Source: Podarcis muralis
Lineage: Eukaryota
Direction: 5' to 3'
Assembly: GCF_964188315.1 (NCBI RefSeq)
Contig: NC_135657.1
Coordinates: 34,162,001 to 34,226,000, forward strand
Length of the DNA: 64,000 nt
Shown here: positions 42,201-54,700 of the stretch, piece by piece
Layout: each line of letters begins with the position of its first letter
Position numbering within the stretch: the first letter of the stretch is position 1
The notes under the pieces: model-generated
Databases searched by the model: none
Told to the model about the DNA's origin: nothing
What the model saw: the letters and a program-made list of their open reading frames with translations, nothing else
Position numbers and translations under genes: made by a program

Positions 42201-44530
42201 AAGGAAGAAGCCGATGCATAATTGCAGATTCATCGTTACATTGACTTCTGAACTAAAACACCATTTGATCCTGCTGCATCTTTCTCTTTAGGATGCAAAA
42301 GATGCAAATTACAAGGGAGAGAAGAATGCAATAGACAGGACTTTGGCAAAGAGTCAACACACACACACACAGGCCATGTCTCCTGCAGGTCAGTTTGCTC
42401 GTTCATCAAATTAAAACACATTTATAGTCATAGAGCGGATTTGTTTCTAAGGCCCCCCCTGCACCATATATTTCAAGCAGTATTATACCACGTTAAACCC
42501 CTGCAGCTTACTGCCCCCTGCAAAGAATCCTTGGAAATGTAGTTTGTCACAGGTGCTGAAAGATATGAGGAGACCCCCTACCTTCACAGAGTTACAATTT
42601 TCAGAGTTCCTTGCAGTTACGGTATGTAATTTCCGCCCTCCAAGTTGTAAGCTGCCTTGAGCATGGTTTTAACTATGGAAAGGCAGCATACAAATAAAAT
42701 GAGGAAGGAAGGAAGGCTGATTGGCTGTTAAACCGCCCTGAGAATTATTGCTCTGTGAGGGCAACAAGGGTCTTCTAACAACTCTTGGCAGCCTTAACAA
42801 AAAATAAAGTTCCCGGGTTTCTTTGGGGGAAGCCATGGCTGTTTAAAGTGGTATAATGCTGCTTTAAATGTATAGTACGGATGAGGCCTAGGTGTCTGCT
42901 TCTCTGCCAGGTGAGAATAGCGCCTTTTCCCCACATGCATTTGGATTATTATGAAGTAACTTGGTTCTCTTTGGGAATGTGTGACTGGACTACAGTCGAG
43001 AATGAGGAAATAAAAACTCAAGCAAACCTGATCTTTTGGTTTAGAAGTAACTGAGTGAATACAAGTGGTAGAACCAACGCCATATTTGCAAGATTTTTGC
43101 CTAGATTCTAGCCCAGTGGTTCTCAAATGGTATCCTTTCAAAATGATAGCAAGAGCCTCAAGTGATATGGAGGACAACCCTAGTTGTGTTTTCCAATGTA
43201 TTTCTTTGCAATAAAAAAAAGTGGTGCTGCGCGATAAAAAAATTATTCTGAAAATGTGGCTCAGAGAACAAAGTTTGAGAACCGCCGCTCTAGCCCCAAT
43301 CCAATCAGCTTCTTTAAGCACATTTCAGGAGTTTACAGAGCTAGTTCCCATGAGTAATTTTTAAAATATGTGCGATGTAAAAACATCTACCACAGAGAAC
43401 AATTCAATTAGCCCTAACCTGCCAGGAGAATCATTGAAGTTCAGCACAATATTTGAAGGACAATTGTAAACAACTAACAACACTAGTAGGGTTGTTGTAA
43501 GAAAACTTGCAATGTTTGTACCTTTTTATATTTATTTAAAAATTTGTGATTAACGGAAGAAATGAAAAGTAAATGGGAAAATGTATAAATGCTATGAAGT
43601 AATAATGAATTATGGAAGCCATGAGACAAATATGTAATGAGTATAATAAGGATTTGTTTAAATTTGAGAAAATGGAAACTTAATAAATATTTTTTAAAAA
43701 TCATTGAAGTTCAGCCAAGATGATGCAACTCTTGGAGTGTTCTTTTGGTGCAAATCACACTCACTGGAAGATTTTAGAGGTCTGATGATTGCACTGAGAG
43801 AGATTTTTCTTACCATGTTATTCCACAGAGCCCGAGCACCTTGGGAATGACCCTTCTGGCTGAAGTGGAAGCAGTCTGGGGCAAAATAGGAGGAATCGGG
43901 CAACCCTTCCTAAAGAAAGAGACAACCACTTTATGATGGGGCTTTCAGAAGGTGACAGGCAGGTGGGGGAAATGAAGAGCCTTGTAGTACCTCAAAGACT
44001 AACATTTGTGGTGGGTTAAGCTTTTGGTGATCAGAGCCCATGATGCATGAAGAAAATAAACAGTGGGACCAAATGGCAAAGATATGCAAGTGACATGGTC
44101 TGTGACATAATTCTGTGTGAAGCTTAGAGAAGCCCAGTGGCCATTCACATGGATTATAGTTTGAATAATATCTGCATCATCGCACTGCTGTTCTCTATAT
44201 ACAGTGGTACCTCTGGTTATGAACTTAATTCGTTCCGGAGGTCCGTTCTTAACCTGAAACCATTCTTAACCTGAGGTACCGCTTTAGCTAATGGGGCCTT
44301 CCACTGCCGCCGTGCCACTGCCGTGGGATTTCTGTTCTCATCCTGGGGCAAAGTTCTTAACCTGAGGTACTACTTCCGGGTTAGCGGAGTCTGTAACCTG
44401 AAGTGTTTGTAACCCAAGGTACCACTGTACTATATAGCTTTTAATATTTGCTGAATCATTGTATTTTAATATTCTGTTGAAAGCCACCCAGAGTGGCTGG
44501 GGAAACCCAGCCAGATAGGCAGGGTATAAA

Positions 44531-44583
<53 letters not shown>

Positions 44584-47500
44584 CATCGCAGCATCTGAGA
44601 CTGGAGGCAATATGTGTGACAAGAACAATGATTGCCCATACCCAGGAATATATTGTTACCCTCACTCCATTTTCCAGATAAGTTCTAGCGGTGCAGCACT
44701 TATCCAGGTTTGTTTTTCCTTTGGAAGAAAGCAGCTTAAACACTGCAATGGAAAGCCAAAGTTTCCACATCCAATGGGCAGAGGGAGGCAGCAGGTACCT
44801 GAAAATGCTATTATATTATGGCTCTGAATTCGGCTTTCTGTCTCTGTTTTGTCTCCGATCCTTTCTTAGTCTTTTACTCAAATGGCAGTCCACTGTTCTT
44901 TACTCACACCTAGCTAGCTGCCCTGACTAGAGTGGGAAATCAGAATGAATCATCTCCTCCAAAACAGTTTTATTGGGACATCCAGTACTTTCATCAACAA
45001 AGGATGTGCCTGTGTTAGAGAACATTTGTAGGCATCCTGAGACCATTAACTTGGTCTTGTCCAAACCCCTCCCCATTTCACACAGGAGTGTGTGTGTGTG
45101 TGTGTGTGTGTGTGCACAAATTCACCAAGTTAGTGTGAATACAAGCTGTTCACAGACCAATGTTATGTGGCGAAAGGTTCCTATGACACGTAGTCATGTG
45201 GAAATATGTACCATGACAACTTATTCCTATTTAAAGGAGCTATAAATGTTGGGAACGTGGATGGTAAATTAACAGTTTAAAGCAAAACACATGTATACAT
45301 GCAATTTTGTACTTTACCGGAGTCTCCGGCATTCTCACTTCTTCAAAAAACGGTTGCACAACCACTGTGAAATCTTCCTTCGCGTCATACCTTCCGCTCT
45401 CGACTAAGCCATGAATTCCCTCCTAGCAAAGCAAAACCCACAGTCATTGCACCACAGTAGGGCTGCTAAACCAGAAATGGAAGCCAGACACCTCAATGAA
45501 GAAATACTGGGTAGAGAAAAGGTTTAGTGCACTGAGCCTCCATGTGGTGATAAAACTCTGGGTGGCTACAGCAGCCAACATTCTGGCAGCTGCTAAAGCC
45601 ACCATTGGAGAGAGCCTCCTTCTGAGCCTCTCTGAGCAGTGCTTGTGAAATATACTCAGAGTCGAGAGTGGATTTCATGCTCTTTATTCAGCTCATAGTG
45701 GTGAGGAGGAATGGAAGTTCCCTCAGAATGACTGCTTTATATACATTATTTACACAATGGGCCCCACGTGATTGGCTAATTCCGGGATTCTCTGGTAGGC
45801 CAATCAGGTCGCTGATTCACTTCCACCTGGAGCTGGATTGGGTGGCTCCTGTGGACCAATCAGACTGTTGCATTCTGAATCCTATTGTTCTAGGACCAAT
45901 CAGACTGCTGCATTCTGAATCCTATTGATCTAGGACCAATCAGACTGCTGCATTTTGGATCCTATTCAACTCAGTACATAACAGCTTGCTTGTTTATTCT
46001 CCCCGAAGCCGTGCCTGGCTTCTTTTTAGATGCAGAGCAACAGGGAGGAACATCACAGCAGGCAGTAGAACTAGCTCCTACCATCACTCAGGGCTTTATT
46101 GAGATGTAAGCCCAATACACAGACTAGTGTGTGACAAAGACACGGGTTTTAAAATGAGATATAGCCAACGCAGGGTGCAAGCACATTGTCTAGGGCATGG
46201 GGATGGGGAACTCTTAGTGCATATATACTTTGCTAGTGAACTCAGTTCTTCAGACTTAGGGAGATGCCAGTGTTTGCAGAAAGATACCCCCACCCCAAAG
46301 AAAAATCAGCATATTACATTAGTCCCCCTCCCAAGAGCAGCAGGAAGACAGAGAGAGAGGGGGGGGGATGTGGATGCTCTGGGGGGCGGGAGCCAGCCCA
46401 CCATAGGTGACTTTTAGCTAATAACCAAGGTGGAAGATCTAATTACAGATTTCCTGTACAGATTTCCTCAGGCTTCACACTCTCAGCTGCTGCACTATAG
46501 CAGCTCTCTCTTATGGTATCAGAGTTCTCCCATTGAAATCCCTGGTAAAAAAAAAAGATTCCCTTTTCTTAATTGCAGACTGTTCCAATCCATTTTCTAT
46601 TCTCCTGCAGCTCCCCTTCCTCCCTCCACACTGCTTTTGTTCACTGTCCTACTAAACCACATTTCAAAGCCCCCAAACACATGTCCTTCCTGAATCCTTT
46701 GCTTAATCTTCATTTGCCTCTAACCAGGTCACCTAATACTTATTTGAGCACACAGCAGCTCCTCTGTCTTTTCAAGTCTATTTGTCCTTTCTGCAGTATT
46801 TAGTAGAGAAGGTGACATATAATTCTTTTCAATATTATACCAGAGATTTTGTATTCTGGGCATCCTAGGCTTAAGGCTTAGGAAGACTGCGGTAAGCACC
46901 AAGACAACATGGCAAAATAGGATAATAAGATGGCGTTAGAACATGGCTTGTGACTAAATATGTTGGATTAACCTTCTAAATTTAGTTCTGTTGTGTCGTG
47001 AAAGACCTGATAAAGAGGCAATAGACTTCCTTTCTCTAGCAGAGGTTGATTGGAAGGAACATGTGACACATCAGGGACGGATGCTCAGCAGAGACTATGG
47101 GGTCAGTGACTGGAGAAAGTGTCAACCCAGAAAAGCTTACAAACCAAAAATGGAGAAGGATCCTGCTGAAATATACCAACATGGTAAATATTCTATAGCC
47201 CTTAGTTACGATTCCACATGGTCAGTGGAAACTGACGCAAGACATTAAATGCTAGATCCTTTCTTATGTCTTGCTGCTGCTGTTTTCTGTTGTAGTGCAA
47301 CTGATAAGTCTCATTCATTGCCAAGTAACCAACTTCCCTCAGTTGCTACGACAAACCTCTGTGAATACATGCCCAGTACTGCAGGGAAACACTAAAGTGA
47401 GGTGAGGAAAGGAAAAGTGACATTTTTAAAATATTAAAATTGGCCAGGCAAGCATGCCTCATCTAGTTTCCACTGAAAAAGAAGATGGGGGGGAGAATGC

Positions 47501-48697
47501 GACATAAAATTCAGGTATAAATTTATTCAGCAAATGTCACTGCATGGATAAATAATTCAGAACTCAGAAACTTCCACCTAGCAGAACTTTATGAAGGTCA
47601 TTTACCTGCTGCTGCTCTTCTACCTCCCTTAGATTTTTCTATATAACCTGCTGTCAAAAAGGTTATACAGAGTAGGTAAAACAACAACAATTGGCCCAGG
47701 TTTGAGTATTTGCACTACCATTGCCTATGGGGCAGGAGCAGTTGGTGTTACCCGCCCCTGTCCTCCATACTGTCACTGATGTCGCTACCAATTGCCTGGA
47801 CAGTGACGGGGGGGCGGAAAATGCTGTGGCCATGAGGTAAGAATGAAGTGTGCGTAAGAGGTAACCCATTATGAAAGTTTCATCTATTTGATGCTTGCTT
47901 GCAACTATTACTTGAGGAGTTGGGTCTGGCAACCTGCTTCTAAATGTCATGAAAGGGGAGATGATTAAGTTTCCTTACCTGATACCTTTTGTTAAACAAC
48001 TCCAGCGTCTCCATTTCAGTAGAGTTATCATTGGGGTTCAAAACACAGGTACACAGAGATCTAGAAAGGAGGGAAATGGTACATGGCTCTTCAAACAGTA
48101 AAGCTTGTTTCCCCCGGCTCTGGAGGGTAGGAATAGAATCAATGGTTTCAAGTTACAAAATAGGAGATTCCGACTAAACATCAGGAAAAACTTTTTGACA
48201 GTAAGAGCAGTTCAGTATGTCTGAGGAGGTTGTGGACTCTCCTTCCTCGGTTGTTTTTAAGCAGAGGTTGAATGACCATCTATCATGGATGCTTTAGCTG
48301 AGATTCCTGCACTGCAGGGGGTTGGATTACATGACCCTTCCAACTCCACAATTCTGTGATTCTAAGTCAGAAGGCGTTACGTCCAGGAAAACTCGAGCAA
48401 CAGAACCTCTCATTTTAGAAAATTCATCCCTGAACTTGCTTCAGACTTGCAAATTTCCAAACAGCTATAGTCCTTTCCAAATGGTAAGGTCCACAAAGCC
48501 TGAACATATAGAGTAGGAACAGGATTGTGCTGCTTGTTGCTATTCCTGATCTCCATGTGTTGGCTCTGTGTACACATATGCCATGTATGTGGACACAGTG
48601 CTGATCAACACACGGAGGCTGAGAGTAGGGTTGGAGGAACGGGCATAGCCAAGGGGGGGCAGGGAGGGGCAGCTGCTCCCCCTAAATCAATAAAAAA

Positions 48698-48736
<39 letters not shown>

Positions 48737-51700
48737 ATACTGAGGTTATGCCACCCCCCAAGGTCACCCCCCCACAAAAATCCTGGCTACGCCCATGGGA
48801 GGCAGTGAACCCACACACTTTCCACCACTTCAGCCTAACTGGGCTTTTGATCATGTAAAAAGGAATTATAGTTTAAGTCAATCAGGGCATTTATTTGTCT
48901 CTCCGCAAACACTGATCTCCCCTGTCTCTTCTTCTGCAACTTTCACACTGGAGTGCAATCAGCATTCCCTTTTGATGAATGCAGGGCATTTCGTTGTTTC
49001 AGAAAGGCTGGATGCAATCTGTGTGTACTGCCTTTGTGTGTTTCCTTTACAGCTTCTCTTTAACAAATGTCATTTGCTGCAAGCACAGGCTTATCGCAAG
49101 ATTCTAATAACTAGACAAGGACTGGGACGAGAGCCTAAGAGATTAAAGATGAGTTCCTCTGATCCCTTAGAAAAACGATTATCTGAAGATATCTGTGACC
49201 TTTTCTATCCTTCCCGAATGCCCTGATTCATTATGTGCAGGAATGCAGGGGTTAGGAAGGCAAGAAGAGTAATCAGGCTGGCTTCAAGCCAAGCACACAG
49301 TGATTTATGCAGACTCCTTCTTGGTGGATACTAGCTTCACTGCCATTGCAATGCATTTCAATTTGCAAGGCAATAAAATTTCACATGTTTCTCAAACACT
49401 CTGAGCTGCAGAACTGTATTTGGCACTAACTACTTTCTCTGTACAGTGGTTGCTATTCATTATGAACAGTAATCTAGGATGTAAACTGATGGGCATAGTT
49501 CTTTATATCTGGAAGTCAAGATAATATTTTATATCTGCATGTGTGTGTGTGTGTGTGTGTCTATATATCTATAGTAGTAATTCCATGACTGCCAGTAACT
49601 CTAGAATATAGAACACACACCTATAGATAAACAGATAGATAGACAAACAGACACCACAGTTTTATGGATTTCAGTGTGGCATACATAAAAAATTTAAAAT
49701 CTGTAATACAATATTGAAATAAGATAAAATATTAAGCAACAGTACGTTGACAATGACCATCCAACCAAACTTGAAGTAAAATAATTGAAAGTGCCTCAAG
49801 AAGCAAAATAATAGTGTTGATAACAGGTGCACCTTCTTTTACACATGTGTAATGCAGTTCACCCACGGATGGAACGTGGAAAATAGGTCCCTCAATCAGA
49901 TATATTGCAGGGTTTCCTGAACTGTAGGAAAATGAGAAGTCAATCCCCTACCTCATGAGGAGTCTCGGGCAGTAAACTCTCTTGTCTTGATACAATTTCC
50001 TCAGAGTTGTTATGTGAAGGATGGAGACCAGGTTCACAAATGTACGAGGAACCTGCCAAAAGGTAGGTGCAAAATGCAATAGGCAGTACCAGCTTCTTAG
50101 TACATTTGGCCTTGTGATCAATATAACATATTCATCGTCCACTGACCCAGCCTGCACAGTACACACTGAACTGATGAAATTATTGGCAGGACAGTTGCCA
50201 CCCCCTGCCCCCAATCATTCAGGGATCCCTAATTCAGGCTGAAGAGCTCTTCCTTGATACGTTAGTCCTTAAAAGCTTAAGTGCCACTGAAGTCGTAGGG
50301 AGGAAGATTGTCAAAGCTAGGTCCTTATCTGTAATGGAAGGGGCTGTACTATGCAATTCATAGACAATGGTCCTGCCGAGAGAAGTTTCCAAACCAAGAA
50401 TGAGAAGAGTTTCATTTCAGTGGTTTGATGTTATTGCGTGTTACCAAGAACTAGATGGGTGCCTGGATGCATAAAACTGAGGTGTGATACACCACACTCT
50501 TGCAATGGAGAAATATCGTTTAAATGGTGTGTTCACAATGCACAATCACCTGCATATCATTCAGCCTGTGGCAAAATCTCATTTAAGTAAGTTCTCTAAC
50601 AATGTGTGACCCCCCCCCAAGCCAAATATAGCCCAATAGTCAAATTTGGCAGCTCCTGGGGTCTTGAGAATCCTCCAGTTTTGAATTCCCATAGTAAATA
50701 AATAAAATAATTTCATGTTCTAGAGTAACCTATTCCACTACTAGTAAATCAACATCTCATTACTTCCCCCTACCAGCCCCACTGGCAAAGTGTCCTTTCA
50801 TACCTCTTTATGGAGTATGTCCAAAGCAGCCTGTATATTGCTTACAAAATTTTCAGCAGAATAAAGTACCTATAGTATGAAAGAAAAAAACGGGCGGCGG
50901 GGGGGGGGGGGAGTGGAGGTGAGTTGTATGCACAATGACCTGCTCATAGCCTTCATTTCTTTCCCAGTAACTTCATTATTCATTCATATTTTAAGGGGAA
51001 ATTTATATGAGAGTGCACACCTTTTAAAACTGACATAATAAGTAAGAAATTCTGAGATTAGGAACTTGAGAACAAAGCATCACGTGAGAAGCAGATGTAA
51101 GATTTGCTGCACCGGCAAACTGAACATGGGGTTGTTTGGGGCAAAGCTATCAGTGCATCAGCGCAACACTTGTGTTGCATTGCAAACATTTAGGGTTCCA
51201 GGTAGGCATTCAGAACTAAACTTCAATCCACTCAGTCCTAAAGGTGGATAATGATTGGTAATGGCAAACAGTCACGCAGAGCTCCATTTGTTAACTCTAC
51301 CACTTACATTGCATGAACAATTGTATGAACAACGGGACATGTGTATGATGGAGCTGCCTTGGCCACAGAAGTGAATGAGGAAGTCGATGCTGCATGAAGA
51401 GACTGGGAGCCCTAAGTCCACATAGAGCCAGTGTGGTGTAGTGGTTAAGAGCGGTAGACTCGTAATCTGGTGAACCGGGTTCGCGTCTCCGCTCCTCCAC
51501 ATGCAGCTGCTGGGTGACCTTGGGCCAGTCACACTTCTCTGAAGTCTCTCAGCCCCACTCACCTCACAGAGTGTTTGTGGGGGAGGAAGGGAAAGGAGAA
51601 TGTTAGCTGCTTTGAGACTCCTTCGGGTAGTGATAAAGTGGGATATCAAATCCAAACTCCTCTTCTTCTTCTAGAAGCCCTTTCACGTGTAAATAACCTG

Positions 51701-54700
51701 ATAAGGTTGCAAATAACCTGCTTGCAAGTAACCTGCAAATAACCTGATTATTCTTAAGGTGCCATCCACAGTTGCAGCCTTGAATATTTTGACAATATTT
51801 CTAAAGGTTGTGGTGCCCATAAAAGGGACGAGAGTTTCACAGCTGTGGAACAGCCACCCTCTTTCTCCCTGTGCTAACCTGGTATGCTAACCTGCCGCTC
51901 TTGGTTGATCTGAAGGACTGCAGTAGGGCTTAGAGGAAGTGGCAGATTTTCAGATTTGCTGGATCCATGGCATGATAAGTGTTCTATTATTAAATTATCT
52001 ATATATCCGTTATCTAAACTTTTGACTTTATCAAGAGAAAGCTATCTTTAAGATGAGGTCACAACAATAAAGTTCTCAAAGATATGCTTTTGTGTGATAT
52101 CATCTTCAGGTTGAATGACCTCTAGGTCCCACCACAGAGAAGGTGACATGACTAGATGCTTAAACCCATCTGACATTAACTCCACTATCACATGAAGATA
52201 AGCCAAGCCAGCTCACAGTGTCCAATTGCTCTTCTTCAGTTAGCCATGAAGCTTTGGGTTGTCATGGTGTCCAAACCTTGATCGTGTTTTGTTCTCCCTA
52301 ACAAATCATGATCAGCAAGTCAGCAACAAAATATGATTTCACATTGGCTAGTGATCGTGATTTGTTCGGGAGAAACAATCCCAGTTCAGATGGCTTGTTG
52401 CTCTCGCCTGCCCCACAGAGAAAGCAAACCAGGAATGTTTGGGCAGAAGCTGAATAGACTAGCAAGTGGCAATCTTATTTCATTACTAGTAACTGAACAG
52501 AGTCTGCCACCAAACCTGACACAGTAGGCTCTTAGAAGTGCAATACAAACCATGTGGCATAACACAGCTCTGTCCTCCAACAGGAAGAAAGGCCTGGGGA
52601 GCTCAGAAGGAGCTGCCAGAGGAGCTGCCACCACTTGCTCCTCAACATCTGCCACCTGAGGTGATAGCCTCACTCTGCCTAATGGTAGGACCAGACCTAA
52701 ACCCGAACATTACTCAGCGGGACAGAGATAACATGGAGTCATTCCAATATTATATTAAATAATGTGAAGGACAGATCCTGTGTAGATGTATCCCCAGGGT
52801 GTCTGCACCATTACCACTTAGGAATATTTATGGATGAGCACTCAGATACACAAGTAAGATTTTCTTGCTGGGTGTTGTATAGGGTGAACAGAGAAAAACA
52901 CTTTTAAAATAATGTCTTGGAAACTTACAGGATCTTTGCAATGGTCACACAAGTCATTCCCTCCTATGAAAATTGTTACAAGTTTCCAGTCTTCTTGGAA
53001 ATTTATTTTCTACATTAAAGACAAAGAAGATGAAACATAATGAAAAGCAAGAAGCAAAAATACTTGCGTCAACAGCCTAGAAGGATTAATTAAATTGCTC
53101 TTTTAGGGGCACAGTCAGCTTATTCCTTTGGACTTTTACAGAACCTAGGAAACCAGGGCAGCAATCTTAAATTAGGTCTTTATGCGCCACATGGTTATAT
53201 AAAACAAAACAAAAAAATCACAGGTTCACTTTGCAGTGGCCTATTTCAAATCACTAATGCTACTATAGTGTCACCTACGTGCCTAGTTGTATACTGTCAC
53301 ATTAGGAACTGGGCTCCAGATCTCCATTTTTAAGAAGTACAATTGCTCTTAGGGCAGAAGCATGCTAGGCACACCACTGCCAAAGAGCTGCAGCTCAGTA
53401 ACAAGGGATATTGCCTGCATGTTTAAAGTTTTAGGCTCAATCTCCAGGGCTGCCAGCTAAAGGATCACAGGTTGCAAGGCCTTTGGAGAGCTACTAGTCG
53501 CCAGGCTGACCTCCTGGGGCAACGACATCATTGGTTACGCTTCAGCACCTTGTACTGTAGAAACAGAACATTGGAACGAAAACAGAAATCTGTCAACCCA
53601 ATTTCTCTGCAGTGATTTAATGCAACCTCAGAAGGTTCAGGGGAGTTTGATGGGTTGCTTTTAACTTTTCCCATGCATCTTATTAAATGCACAAATGATT
53701 TGCAGGCACACACCTGGCAGCTGCATCGCTGGACCGCAGTGATGCTTGGTCCTTCTTGAGCAGCCCAAACTGGCAACAATGTGAGTTACTTAACACATAT
53801 GGTGAGATGAGCACCGCACCCCATAGTCACCTTTGACTGGACTTAACCATCCAGGGGTCCTATATAGTACATATTTACATAATTGGTTTAGCAGCACTCC
53901 CCTTTTCCCAGGAGATGTATGAATTCTAAGCTTCAGAACAAAACTAAAATTCCCAGGGTTCTTTGCAGGATACTAGAATGATTAAACTGGTATATAACTA
54001 ATCTAAGTATATATGTCTTGTTAAATAGTTACATGTTGAAGCATCTGGCATCCCATCTGTTTTAATAGTTGGTTTACTGTTTTTCCTGATGTGTACTGCT
54101 GAGCCACTAGGGACTCCACCAGACATCTTGTTTATCAAGCATTTATACTGATTTGCATACACAACACTTAGGTGGTAGTTGGATTATGTCCTGTCTTCTT
54201 TTTATTTAGCAATCATTCTGATTTCTTTGTGGGGCAGTTATACAACAATGAGCACTCAGCCTGAACTGCTTGCAGGGTGTTTACGTGTCTTCCTGTGAAT
54301 CATTTGCTCATCCCACACGCTTCAGGGCATTTCCCTGTCACTTTCCTAACTGCAAAAAGTCCTTTGTTTTTTGTTTTCTGTTGTGTGTTTTTTTTAAAAA
54401 TTGTCATGCTCGGGCAACAGAGTGCTTTATTCACTGCAATAAACTATAGTTCTGGTATGCTCCTAAATTTCTCCCGCAAAATAGTGGCATTCTGGGCACC
54501 CTCTTGAAGCAGTACCGTAGCAGCCCAAAGCATGCTAATTCAGATATGTAAATCCTAATATCCATATTCAAAAAGGGTTCAGAAATCTGACCACCAGCAC
54601 TCATATCAGTCGTATCTGTCAGAGCTCTTCTCTCACTCCTGCATGCCAGCCCACACCTTGGCCATTGCATCTTCTGGCTTTTTTGAACTACTAGCAGTAT

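Noticed and set aside
42794-43321. 175-aa minus-strand ORF
   Set aside because: Crosses a hAT MITE and another MITE fragment; no coding signature
45853-45966. Three regularly spaced 40-bp repeats, superficially array- or CRISPR-like
   Set aside because: Head-to-tail tandem units with no unique spacers, inside a TSD-bounded LTR in eukaryotic DNA
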